In this document: in pieces, positions 49,411-61,737 of the stretch | Layout of the letters: each line of letters opens with the position of its first letter | How positions within the stretch are numbered: the first letter of the stretch is position 1 | Source: Octopus sinensis | Lineage: Eukaryota | Assembly (NCBI RefSeq): GCF_006345805.1 | Contig: NC_043014.1 | Span: 38,006,001-38,070,000 of the forward strand | Length of the DNA: 64,000 bases | Direction of reading: 5' to 3' | Translations under genes and position numbers: made by a program | Notes under the pieces: model-generated | The model's database searches: none | What the model was told of the DNA's origin: nothing | Seen by the model: only the letters and a program-made list of their open reading frames with translations

Positions 49411-49819
49411 AGATTAGGTCTAACAAATTTAGTAATAATAGTCATGTCTAACAAAAGCACTCAGTCAAAACTTTGGAGTGGGGCATTTTAGTCATTTGAA
49501 TCGACCCTAGTACTGACCCCTATTGTTTATATTATCGAGCTCAGAACGACGAAAAGAAACGTTAATTTCGGATGAGATTTGAATTCAGAACTAAATACTG
49601 CAAAGCAGTCTTGTCGGACACTCAAATGACATTTTTTTTCTGTCAATCCACCACTCTTTTAATAATCTCATTAATTATTTCTAACTTATGTTATCGATTA
49701 CACACAGCCACACCCAAACACACTCACAAGCACACACTCACACACACTTACACACATACTCGCACACACATATATGAATGGGTGTACACCTCCACGCAAA
49801 CACAGCCACACACACATAC

Positions 49820-49909
49820 ACATGTATGCACAACACACACATACATACATACATACATACATACGTACGTTGGTACGTACGTACGTACATACATACATAC
49901 ATACATGCA

Positions 49910-49943
<34 letters not shown>

Positions 49944-50243
49944 CATGCATACATACATACATACATACATACATACATACATACATACATGCATACATAC
50001 ACACATACATACATACATACATACATACATGCATACATACACACACATACATACATACATACATACATATATACATACATGCATGCATGCATGCATACAT
50101 ATATATATACATACATACATACATGCATACATACATGCATACATACATACATATATACATGCATATATGCATACATACATACATACATACATACATACAT
50201 GCATACAGACATGCATGCATACATACATACATACATACATACA

Positions 50244-50272
<29 letters not shown>
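49820..50272. repeat. (CATA)n microsatellite, ~450 bp
   Basis: Directly visible; it is the source of the HTYI/MYVC pseudo-ORFs. Confidence 0.98.
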
Positions 50273-50276
<4 letters not shown>

Positions 50277-50743
50277 TCATACGTCATTGAGCATATGTAA
50301 ACATATTCACACTTGAAATAACAGCTGTGTCCTTTTTGCAATTTTAATTGAGAAATTTGCATTTTAGTTTCTAACAGAAATTAGATTAACTGGAAAGTCG
50401 ATTTGTTGGTCCACACTTCATTTTTAGCAGTTATCACTAGTCATTCATTTTTGTCGAAAGACCACTGTAAATATATCCAGTTAACTTGTCCGATGCTCTA
50501 CCGAATTCGTAGATATGCGGCCCGATGGTTACACACTCTAGCATGGTGATGGTGGCAAGTAACCTGACTGCTATAGCTGCTCTGTCGTCCTAAGAAGAAT
50601 AAGGCACCAAAGCCAATCCTGGTACGTTTTGATCTCAAAACCCTTTAAGGAAGAAACTAAACTCCGCATTGCAGCACACAATTCGGTGCAACACACGACT
50701 TAAGTTAGGAATGGCCTGGGCCAATATATATATATATAGTTTT

Positions 50744-51590
50744 AAGGCGGCGAGCTGGCAGAAACGTTAGCACGCCGGGCGAAATGCGTAGCCGTATTTC
50801 GTCTGAGTTCAAATTCCGCCGAGGTCGACTTTGCCTTTCATCCTTTCGGGGTCGATTAAATAAGTGTCAGTTACGCACTGGGGTCGATATAATCGACTTA
50901 ATCCGTTTGTCTGTCCTTGTTTGTCCTCTCTGTGTTTAGCCCCTTCTTGGTAGTAAAGAAATAGGCATTTCACCTGTGTTCGACTTTGCTTTTAAGGCAG
51001 CGACCTGGCAGAATCGTTAGCACGCCGGGCGAAATGCTTAGCAGTATTTCGTCTGCCGTTACGTTCTGAGTTCAAATTCCACCGAGGTCGACTTTGACTT
51101 TCATCCATTCCAGGTCGATAAATTAAGTACCAGTTACGCACTGGGGTCGATGTAATCGACTTAATCCGTTTGTCTGTCCTTGTTTGTCCCCTCTAAGTTT
51201 AGCCCCTTGTGGGTAGTAAACACATAAGTATTTTGCCTGCCGTTACGTTCTGAGTTCAAATTCCGCCGATGTCGACTTTGCCTTTCATCCTTTCGGGGTC
51301 GATAAATTAAGTACCAGTTACGCACTGGGGTCGATGTAATCGATTTAATCCGTTTGTCTGTCCTTGTTTGTCCTCTCTATGTTTAGCCCCTTGTGATTAG
51401 TAAAGGAATAGGTATTTCGCCTGCCGCTAGGTTCTGAGTTCAAATTCCGCCGAGGTTGACTTTGCCTTTCATCCTTTCGGGGTCGATAAAACAAGTATCA
51501 TTTCAGTACTGGGGTCGATATAATCGACTGGCCCCCTTTCCCAAATTTCAAGCCTTGTGCCTATAGTAGAAAGAATTATTATTATTATTA
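50744..51590 (+). mobile_element. Tandem array of SINE family B units (four Nin-like domains)
   Basis: GAGTTCAAATTCC.CCGA.GT.GACTTTG begins near 50805, 51068, 51252 and 51436; the array ends in TAGTAGAAAGA(ATT)n. Confidence 0.85.
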
Positions 51591-51659
51591 CTCATATTTT
51601 AATTTTTTTTTCTCCTGCAAAACCATACCTATATATATATATACATGTGTGTGTGTGTG

Positions 51660-51664
51660 TATGT

Positions 51665-51733
<69 letters not shown>

Positions 51734-51850
51734 GAGGGATATGTTATTCAAGCGGTTACCGTATTGGCTCTCAGTTAAGTTTCACTTAAAAGTGCCAGGT
51801 TGCATCTGCAACCGCCAGTAGTCTGTGCATCGGAAACACGTGTAGGTCAT

Positions 51851-51905
<55 letters not shown>

Positions 51906-52140
51906 TAATAATAATAATAATAATAATAACTGGGCCTCACCTGCAAGGTCATGTGCTGTTTATCTTGATATGAAATCACCAAGTCACACACATATGGGTG
52001 TGATGCATGTGCCTGGTGTACCCTTATCAGACGGGTAGTCATGATGAGTATACTGGGCTTCGTATATTTTACCCCAGTGTCACTTTGATGGCATGCACAG
52101 CTCTTTCACTCAATAATAATAATAATGATAATAATAATAC
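51660..52140 (+). repeat. (GA)n and (TAA)n tracts enclosing a ~180-bp retroposon 3' fragment
   Basis: 51930-52112 (…GGCATGCACAGCTCTTTCACTC) is flanked on both sides by AAT repeats. Confidence 0.6.
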
Positions 52141-52844
52141 ACACATGCATACACACACACGCATACACATACACACACACATCCATATACTCAATGTATT
52201 GAATTTTATATCAGATGATGTTTGCACTCTGTAAAATATATTCTTTTGAACTTCACACCTCTTACATTGCGTTATGTTGAATCCACAGACACTCGCACAC
52301 GTGTGTATTATGAAATGCCACACAAAGCGACCTTGAGTTCTATTCAATGAACAAAGTGAATTTTAAAAAATACTTAAGATTGTACACGAAATAAATGTTG
52401 AAAAAAAAAAAAAAAACGATAAATAACAATTAAGTAAAAACCGCGTATACTCACCTCACACACATATACATATCCACAGACAGATGCACACACACATGCA
52501 CACACACACATGCAAATACACACATACATAGTCTGGCTCGCAGACGCAAATACAAACATACATTATACATGTGTGTGAATGTGTGTTTATGTGTGTAAGT
52601 GTGTTTATGTGTGTGTAAGTGTGTGTAGTCAACAGATTAAATCCAGAGATGGTCAGTTTAATAAACACTTTGTAGTGCTCAATCAATTTGAAGTTAGACT
52701 TTTAAATCTTTATCGAGAACTAAGTCCGCAGAGTAAAGAGTGGCTATAAGAGGAGCCTAGGTGAGCTGATATGGAGATAATGACGCAAATAAACAAATTA
52801 ACCCGTTTGGGCTTGATATACAAAATATACGTATATATATCACG

Positions 52845-53149
52845 CAATCACGTGACCGACCAGGCTATCAGATGTTGCTACACATCGCTGGTCACAAATC
52901 CGCTTCGCATTGTTTTACCCTTCAAATGACGCCACCCCGCTGGCTAAGCGAGCAGGCCAACAGAAGAAAGAGTGAAAGAAAGTTGTGGCGAAAGAGTACA
53001 GCAGGGATCGCCACCACCCCCTACCTGGGCCTTGTGGAGCTTTAGGTGCTTTCGCTCAATAAATACTCACAATGCCCGATCTGGGAATCGAAACCGCGAT
53101 CCTACCACCGCGAGTCCGCTGCCCTAACCACTGGGCCATTGCGCCTCCA
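52845..53149 (-). mobile_element. SINE family D copy
   Basis: Homologous to 39281-39586. Confidence 0.85.
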
Positions 53150-53193
53150 TTATACGTATATATGCATGTAAATATATATGTGGATATATATAT

Positions 53194-53246
<53 letters not shown>

Positions 53247-53248
<2 letters not shown>

Positions 53249-53618
53249 CTAGCAGTATCGCCCGGCGTTGCTCAGGTTTGTAAGGGAAATAACTATAAAG
53301 CATTTTTAGAGAGTTATAGCCAAAAAATAGCAAAAAAATGGAAAAAAAAATGATGGTAAATTTTTTTGAGAGTTAAAAAAGGTGGAGTTGCGTCCCCTAG
53401 ACGGTCTGTGGTTTGGGTTTCTGATTCTCGACCCCATGTGGAATTTATCGATTTTTTTCAGAACTAGGGGAACTTTTCAAAATTTTCGCTGCGTTAGTTT
53501 TGAATTATGACATTGGGCTATGTGTGTGTCAAGTTTCATCAGAATCGGTTGAAAGCCGTGGTCAGAGTGAGGGTACGAGAAAACAGACACACAGAAAACG
53601 CACAGACAAACTGCCGTT

Positions 53619-53625
<7 letters not shown>
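53247..53625 (+). mobile_element. Non-autonomous Helitron/Helentron-like element, second copy
   Basis: Near-identical to 26231-26615; inserted in a TA tract. Confidence 0.7.
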
Positions 53626-53649
<24 letters not shown>

Positions 53650-54416
53650 TATATATATAATATATATATATATATAATATATATATATATATATAAAAAC
53701 ATTCATTCTTATATTATTGCGGCGTTACGTGCACCCCTCCGTTTGTTTGTCCAATTTTAAACCCTGCACGACTTCTATACACACTGTCTTTGCTACCCGC
53801 CATTGCTTCTTCACCAAACTTTTTGGCGCCCTCCGATTCTTCCCCTCTCTTCCTCCCATCCTCCTCCCCTCTTCCTCCCATCCTCCTTAATCCTTCTTTC
53901 TCCTTTTCTTCTTGGTCACTGATTCTGTCCCCTGCCTCCACCCTCTTTGATTCCCTCCTCTCTCTGTCTCTCTTTCTCTCTCTCCTGCGACCTGCTGCTT
54001 CTTAAACCATTCTGTTGGCCTTCGTATCTCGACCAACATGTGTCCGAAACGGTAATTATTTCTACGCCAGCTATGTTTTGTTTTTGTTTTTTGTTCTCAT
54101 TTGGTCTAAAGTCGTATGACAACCACCGTTATATATATTTTGTTTATTCATTACTGTTTTCAATTTCGTTTTCGTCTCTTGTATTCACATCCGTCTTGTG
54201 CGTTCACATTCCTGTCTTCTACCAAGAAATCTAATGCTTACAGCTTATTTTTTTTTCTTGGGGCTGGCCGAGTTGGAGCAAATATCAGAATTGAACAGCC
54301 GAAATTTGCTATGATGATTCGGTGTCTGACTGAAGATTGAAGGCTTCGAATGATTTGTCTGTGTTCCGTGTTCGTCCCTTCCTGTATTTCACGTTCATTA
54401 TATATAAAAACATTCA

Positions 54417-54457
<41 letters not shown>

Positions 54458-54464
54458 TATATAT

Positions 54465-54803
54465 AAGGCGCATGGCTCAGTGGTTAGAGCGTCGAGCTTA
54501 CGATCGTGAGGTTGTGACCTCGAATCCCGGACCGGGCTGCGTGTTGTGTTCTTGAGCAAAGCACTTTATTTCACGTTCCTCCAGTTCACTCAGTTGTAGA
54601 AATGAGTTGCGACGTCCCTGGTGCCAAGCTGTATCGACCTTTGTCTTTCCCTTGGATAACACTGTGGCGTGGAGAGGGGAGGCTGGTATGCATGGGCGAC
54701 TGCTGGTCTTCCATAAACAACCTTGCCCGGACTTGTGTCTAGGAGGGTAACTTTCTAGGTGCAATCTCATGGTCATTCATGACCGAAGGAGGTCTTTACC
54801 CCC
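54465..54803 (+). mobile_element. SINE family A copy
   Basis: Full-length homolog of 22083-22417. Confidence 0.85.
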
Positions 54804-54837
54804 TTTTTGATATATATATATATATAAACAAGTTATT

Positions 54838-55238
54838 AGTAAGGGCAAAAGAAAAAAATTCTAATGCCAAAATATGCCGAAAATAGACACTACTTCAATA
54901 ACCATGTAATTTATCACTACAAACACGTGTTTCAAAGAAAGCCGACAGAAATTTCTAAAAAATTCCGTTATTACCATATCGGACCCGATTTCAGAGTTAG
55001 TTCGTAAGAACCTTCTCTTCATCAGTGATAAATGCGGTAAAGAAATAAGTGAAATACTTACTTATACCCATGGGTGTACTTATACCTATGGGTCCGATAT
55101 GGTAATAACGGATTTTTTAAAGAAATTTCTGTCGGCTTTCTTTGAAACACGTGCTTGTAGTAATAAATTACATGGTTATTGAGTAGTGTCTATTTTCGGC
55201 ATATTTTGGCATTAGAAATTTTTTCTTTTGCCCTTACT
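54838..55238. repeat. Long inverted repeat, ~149-bp arms with 103-bp spacer
   Basis: 54838-54986 is the reverse complement of 55090-55238 with only a few mismatches/indels. Confidence 0.95.
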
Positions 55239-55742
55239 TATAAATTATTTATAAATTTAACCTTTAAAGGTATTCTTTGATATGCTGGGCATTGATAGAA
55301 TTTTTTCGAAAAATTCTATCCTATATTATATATATATATATATATATATAATATATCTATATAGATATATATATATGAAGAGAGAGAGGGGAATGAAAAC
55401 TGAAAATGTTCAGAAGATGAACATTCAGGAATGAGCAGGTAAATATTTATGAACAGGTTTACATGGAGCAGAAAACACAGAAAACTAAGGGAGAGGGGGT
55501 GGTATTTCATGTTCGATAGCTGTTTCTGCATAATTATGACACCCCTCCCCCGTTCATGAAATATTCTATCTATTATGCTATTATAATTATTATTACAACT
55601 TCGCTTTTCCTCCTATCGGGATTGACGAATTAAATGCCAGTGAAACACCGAGGTCGATATAATCGACTCTCCCCACCAACTTCCAATAAGTTTCAGGCCT
55701 TGTGCCTTTTAGTAGAAAGAATTATTATTATTATTATTATTA

Positions 55743-55788
<46 letters not shown>

Positions 55789-55789
55789 T

Positions 55790-56232
55790 ATGCATGAGTT
55801 TTGCTTTATATTTGTACAAGTTGGCTCCAAGTCTCACCCAGAGACCTCAAGAGACAACAGATTGGAAGTTCGTGATGTTGTTATGCCTAGTGTGCCATAT
55901 ATTTGGTTTTGTATTTAGTGTTGTACTAGTTAATGTCTTTAAAAAAAACCCAAACTTTTGTTTGTTTTAAAACTTGAGATTACATAGAAAGTATTTTGCG
56001 TAGGATATGAGCAGTTCCCATGAGCACTATCTTTTGAATTTCTGCCATTTTGGGGTTTCCTGGTATCTGAGTTAGGTCGCGATCAGCCCCCTTTGCTATC
56101 ATTCCCAGGAAACCTATGACAACAGGTATTGTTTTAGTCTTCAGGTTCCACATATTGCTGATTTCTATTTCAAGATCTTTATATTTGCTCAGTTTTTGGT
56201 AGGTTTGACAGATACGTTTATATCGATTGGGA
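55790..56232 (-). mobile_element. 5'-truncated R4/Dong LINE 3' end inserted in (TAA)n
   Basis: NIKDLEIEISNMWNLKTKTIPVVIGFLGMI...IQKIVLMGTAHILRKILS; (TAA)n on both sides. Confidence 0.8.
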
Positions 56233-56241
56233 TTATTATTA

Positions 56242-56315
<74 letters not shown>

Positions 56316-56335
56316 TATTATTATTATTATTATCA

Positions 56336-56367
<32 letters not shown>

Positions 56368-56387
56368 TTATTATATGATTATTATTA

Positions 56388-56438
<51 letters not shown>

Positions 56439-56444
56439 CATTAT

Positions 56445-56770
56445 TGGAGGGTCCGGTGAAAGTGAACGGAGTCTGGTTCGGACCAGATCTCCTGGTAGAT
56501 AGGAACTGGAAAGAGGTCATGGGTCATGACTAGAGTGGCCAAGTTCATCCAGAAATGGGCAGAAAGGAAGCTGCCGCTGAAAAGCCGGGCAGAAGTAACG
56601 AATGCATATATCGCATCCGTAGTGTACTACCGCCTAGCTGTCGTACCTTGTTCTAAGAAAACTCTGACCAGATTGGAGCGCTTGCTTTTCCGATTCTTAC
56701 GGAGGGATTCGGTTCCGCTGGTCAGAAAATCCATTTGCTGTCAACACCCACACCGTGGTGGTCTTGGGAT
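56445..56770 (+). mobile_element. Tx1/L1-type LINE fragment (post-RT region)
   Basis: W..RKLPLKSRAEV.N.YI.S..YYRL...P...LERLLFRFL...PLV....CCQHP..GGLGIP. Confidence 0.7.
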
Positions 56771-58650
56771 ACCACTCTTGATTTTGATTGGTCTGCTTAC
56801 TATTGATGTACTGGAATGGTTCAGCGTGATCGTAGTTCCCCATGTATTCATGCTGTGTTTCATAAACTTGATGAGAGTTGGGGATACTTTGTATACTTCC
56901 ATCACTTTCAGAATCCACGAGTGAGGTACACTATCGAACGCCTTTTTGTAGTCGATCCATGATGTGCTCAGGTTCGTTTTCCTGGTTTTGCAGTCTTCAA
57001 GGATCATTTTGTTTATCAGCAATTGGTCCTTGCATCCGTAGCTCCTTCTTCGACAACCTGTTTGTTCTGGTGCTAGTAGGTTGTCTTTTTCTAGGAATGT
57101 GTATGTTCTTTCAGTGATTACAGATGTTAATATTTTATACATTGTTGGTAGACAGGTGATTGGTCTATAGTTCTTTGGCTTTTCTGTCTCATTTGTTTTT
57201 GGTATTAGGGATGTCACTCCCTGTGTCAACCAGTCTGGGCTATTTTCTGGGGTTTTCATGACTTCGTTGTATGCTGATGACATATCTGTTTGATCCAGAA
57301 GTTTGGTACTCGATCTATTCCCGGTGACTTCCAATTGCTGGCCTTTTTCAGGGCCAGGGTGAACTTCTCCTTTTGAATATTTTCCCATTCCTGTACTTCT
57401 TTATTTTCCAGGAGTATTTCTTGTTCCTTAATCCATTCTGCAGATTCATTATGTTGTTTTTCATTTTCCAATATCATACTCCAGAAATTTTCCATATCCT
57501 CTTTCTTTGGCAGTTGCTCAACATTTATTTGTTGTTTACCGCGTTCCCTGTAAAATTTCTTTCTATCTTCTTTAAATAATTTGTTTTGTCTAAATTGTTT
57601 GCTTCTCTTTATATATCGTGACAGTCGTTGTTCCTTTGCTTAGATGTTTTGCTTTAGGTTTTCATTTGCTTCAGGTATTTCATTTTTTGTTTGATCCCAC
57701 GCTTTTTGCATATTTTCTTGGCTTTTCTTTGGTTGACCTAGTTTCCGTTACTTATTTCGGTCAGTATTGATAGGTCGCCGCTCATGCATTATATATACTT
57801 TTCTAAGTTTTCTTTCTATTTTGGTTGTCTTGTCTTCTGTTGGGCAGTTTTCTTTTTTAGTTTTATGCCTTTTGCTTCAGTAATAGCTGCAGCTGTAGAA
57901 TAGATTAGTTGGTTTAGTGATGTTATATTTAGTGGTTCTGTTGTTGTTGATTTTATCTCATCTATTATATTATTGCCAATTTTAAGCAACTCCTTCAGGT
58001 TCTTATCCATACTGACTTTTGGAAGGGGCTCTCTGTGGTGTCTTGTGCTTTTACCTGTTCCCATTTTTTCTGTATTTCTTCTTTTAGTTCCAAATATTTC
58101 TCCCTATCCATGTCACTGTTTCGTCCAGTTGGTTGTTTTACAGGTTCTTCTATCTCATTACCCACAGAGGGCTCCTCGAATACATCCTCTTCTTGGTTTT
58201 CTGTAGTCCCTATTTCTATTTCATTTGTATTTGGTGTTATACAGTGAGGTCTGATGACTTTTTCTTTTATTTCTTCCAGCTCAGTGTCTGGGAGCCTCCT
58301 GTTTTTAATGATATTTCTTCGGACATTCCCTAACTTGTTGGGATCCATATTCAACCTTGAGGTTGGATTTTGTTGTCTCCATAATTGATAAGTCCCTTTT
58401 GTCGTGTTATCTTCTGATGGTGTGACTACCGCCGTGTAGTATGCTTCCATTACTAGTTTATAGTCTTCCCGATTCCATTTAGTTCTAGGGTTTTTGCGTG
58501 TGGTATGGCTTGCATCGGTGGGGTTCAGGTTGAGGTTTTCCTCGATTAAGTTGCCCACAGTTGCCCGGGAGTGGGTAGAGTTCGAATCAGTAACCAACTT
58601 TTCGCTCCTAGCCTGACTCCTCACTAGGGGGCGCGCTCCTTGTTGAGCAT
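56770..58650 (-). mobile_element. R4/Dong-clade LINE, 5' portion (N-terminal region and start of RT), frameshifted
   Basis: RTKWNREDYKLVMEAYY; NWKSPGIDRVPNFWIK; KNYRPITCLPTMYKILTS; EQ.GCRR.SYGCKDQLLI; WIDYKKAFDSVPHSWI. Confidence 0.9.
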
Positions 58651-58824
58651 GGGAATAAATACCATACAAAGGTAATAATTTTTTACAACTTTAAATAAGG
58701 GTATCTGAGAGACACCACCATGCCGAAATAGAAGTCAAACCCTGACTCTAAAATGGTGGTGTCTCTCAGATAACCTTATTTATAGTTGTAAAAAATTATT
58801 ACCTTTGTATGGTATTTATTCCCA
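58650..58824. repeat. Fold-back inverted repeat, ~72-bp arms with 31-nt loop; a third copy lies at ~59215-59325
   Basis: 58650-58721 is the reverse complement of 58753-58824; 59215-59325 is the reverse complement of the left arm plus spacer. Confidence 0.9.
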
Positions 58825-59480
58825 TACTGGCCACTTATCGATACTTAAATATCGATATTATCCTTATTTATATAATTTATATAATTTATATAATTCGTCA
58901 CTATATTCACTGCGGTGTTTATTTTGACCATATCGCGCTTACGAGGTAGTTGGCGGGCAATTTAAATCTGGCCTTGTACATACGTGCATATATACTTATG
59001 TATGTACGTTCGTATATGTAAGTATAACATGTGTTCTGTATATATATATATATATATATATATTTGTATTTATGTGCCCATCTGGTATATTCAACTGACG
59101 AAAGCAGAGCTTATTTGAAGCAAAGCTAGAAATCCAGGATCTTGAATTATCCAGTAATATATTTTTGCTAGTTTATTTTATCTCATGGTGCGATATGAAC
59201 ATTTTAGGTGGTTTTTAGAGTCAGGGTTTGACTGCTATTTCGGCATGGTGGTGTCTCTCAGATACCCTTATTTATAGTTGTAAAAAATTACTACACTTGT
59301 ATGGTATTTATTCCATGCTGGCCACTTGATAATATCGATATCGATATATATATATTATAATATATATATATCTATATATATATATATATATATAATATAT
59401 ATATATATATCACCATGTTGATTCGCTAGCCTCTGCACGCATTTTTTTCTCTCCTTCTTTCTGTGTTTCTTCTCTGTGTA

Positions 59481-59518
59481 TCTTTCTGTTGAAGAGCGTA
59501 GGCTCGAAACGTTAAAGA
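59481..59518 (+). ncRNA. Minimal type I hammerhead ribozyme-like motif (CUGUUGA core) in a solo PLE terminal repeat (59410-59650)
   Basis: TCTTT(59481-85) CTGTTGA(59486-92) A GAGC GTAG GCTC GAAAC(59506-10) GTT AAAGA(59514-18). Confidence 0.6.
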
Positions 59519-60149
59519 CTTGTTTTATTTATATTTCCTGAGCGCCATACTAATACAATTGTTTGTTTGTATTCCACCTGCCTTCGTCTTTTGTTTATTT
59601 CCGTAAACCTGCCTTCGTCTTTTGTTTATTTTCATAAAGCTTCCCGTTATATATATATATATAGGTAGATAGATAGGTAGGTAAATAGATAGATAGATAC
59701 AGATATAGATATCTAAATTTTGTACGACTCTCTTATTCTTTCATTCTTTCATTCTTTCTTTCACCCTCTTCACACTTCGTTTTTTCTACCCTTCTTCCTT
59801 TCGCTCCCCATCTCTCACATTTCCTGGCCTTCCCTTCATTCTCACCTTCTCTCCTCTTTCACTTCACACTGTTTCCCGTTTTCTTTTTCCTCGTCCCTCC
59901 CTAATTCTTCTATCCCTCTGCCTCTACCTCTCTTCTCTCCGTCCACGTGAATTGTGTTCGGCCAAGCCTGACCTTTCTTTCTTGGTTTGACTACCATCCG
60001 TGCAACATATATATTCTTTCCCATGCTTATCACCTCTTATGTTCCTGATGTAAGGCGCTTCTACACACGCCAGCTTAATTTAATTCGTCCTTAGTCTAAA
60101 GACACCTGTTGTTAATGTCCTTTGTATTTGTGTACCATTTCTCTGGTGT

Positions 60150-60368
60150 TTTCCGTTCTTTGGAGCTTTTTCCGTCCGGGTTGCGGATCCGTGGAACAAG
60201 CTGCCAGACGAGATGGTAAAGATGCCGACAACCGCTTTGTTCAAAGCCTCCCGGACCTCAAGTGGCCTGAACTCTTTACATGAACACCACCCTGTACTTA
60301 ACTCCATGTCCCTCTACATGGCCTTGCTATTTGCTTTTGAGCCAAATAACTAACTAACTAACTAACTA
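60150..60368 (+). mobile_element. CR1-clade LINE 3' end with (CTAA)n tail
   Basis: GAFSVRVADPWNKLPDEMV...FK, then 3' UTR and TAACTAACTAAC. Confidence 0.75.
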
Positions 60369-60619
60369 ATGTCGCTGCTTTCTTCCAAGAAATCTAATGC
60401 TCTTAGTTTACATTTTCCTTGGGGCTGGCCAGATTGGAGCAGTCTCGAGTAAAACCAGCCGAAACTGCAAATCTAACCTGGAACTCCGAATGACCCGTCC
60501 TTGTTTTTTCTTGTCCATTTTTTTGTATCACCTGTCAGGATGTTTTGTGTTCTTATCCCATTTTTTGTATTCTTTTATACACACACACACACACATACAC
60601 ATACATGTACACACACATA

Positions 60620-60667
<48 letters not shown>

Positions 60668-60670
<3 letters not shown>

Positions 60671-60893
60671 CTACCCACAAGGGGCTAAACACAGAGAGGA
60701 CAAACAAGACAGACAAACGTATTAAGTCGATTACATCGACCCCAGTGCGTAGCTGGTACTTAATTTATCGACCCCCGAAAGGATGAAAGGCTAAGTCGAC
60801 TTCGGCGGAATTTGAACCCAGAACGTAACGGCAGACGAAATACGGCTACGCATTTCGCCCGGCGTGCTAACATTTCTGCCACCTCGCCGCCTT
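60668..60893 (-). mobile_element. SINE family B copy
   Basis: Full-length reverse-complement copy. Confidence 0.85.
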
Positions 60894-61399
60894 ATATATG
60901 TGTATATATATATATATATGTCCGATGTCTGTGTAAATGAATACGTATGAGTGTGTGCATATGTGCGTATGTGTGTGTGTGTGTGTGGTGTGTGTGCGCG
61001 CGCGCACGTGCATGTGTGTGTCAGTGTGTGAATCAGCGAGGAATATATTTTACCGGCGTAACAGTTCGTAATCATTTAAAATAAGTAGATAAGCTGATTT
61101 ACCTCCACAGAATTATGAGACACTCCGCAGTATGTAGTTCAAACAAGTATTGTGAATTTTGTGCTTCTGCTCACGGAGAATGTAATAATACACACACGCA
61201 CACATACGCGCGCAGACATACACATACAAATACACGTACACTCAAGTTTATGTATGGAGGAAATATAATAACCGCAGGAGAAGCTGTGTGGTACGAAGGC
61301 TGGTCTCCGCGTAGCGCCTTGAGCGAGTGTCTTCTACTATAGCCTCAGGAAATAGTTTCATTCGGCTCCATACAACTTAAATATTCGTGGATGCGTAAA

Positions 61400-61692
61400 A
61401 AGTATGTGTGTGTATGTGTGTGTGTGTGTGTGCGTGTGCGTGTGTGTGTGTATGTGCGTGTGTGTGTGTATGTTGTGTGCGTGCGTGTGTATGTGTGTAC
61501 GTGCGTGTGTTTGTGTGTGTGTATGTGTGTGTGTGTGTGCGTGTAGGTGTGTGTGTGTAGGTGTGTGTATGTGTAGGTGTGTGCGTGTGTGTGTGTGTAT
61601 GTGTGTATGTGTGTGTGTGTATGTGTGTATGTGTGTGCGTGTGTGTATGTGTGTGTGTGCGTGTGTGTGTGTATGTGTGTATGTGTGTGTGC

Positions 61693-61724
<32 letters not shown>

Positions 61725-61737
61725 GTGGTGTGTGTGT
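61400..61737. repeat. (GT)n-rich microsatellite
   Basis: Directly visible. Confidence 0.97.

Noticed and set aside
49572-50362. Cluster of 170-242 aa ORFs (HTYI/MYVC repeats); similar ORFs at 17586, 56196 and 61358
   Set aside because: These are translations of (CATA)n, (GATA)n, (ATT)n and (GT)n microsatellites.
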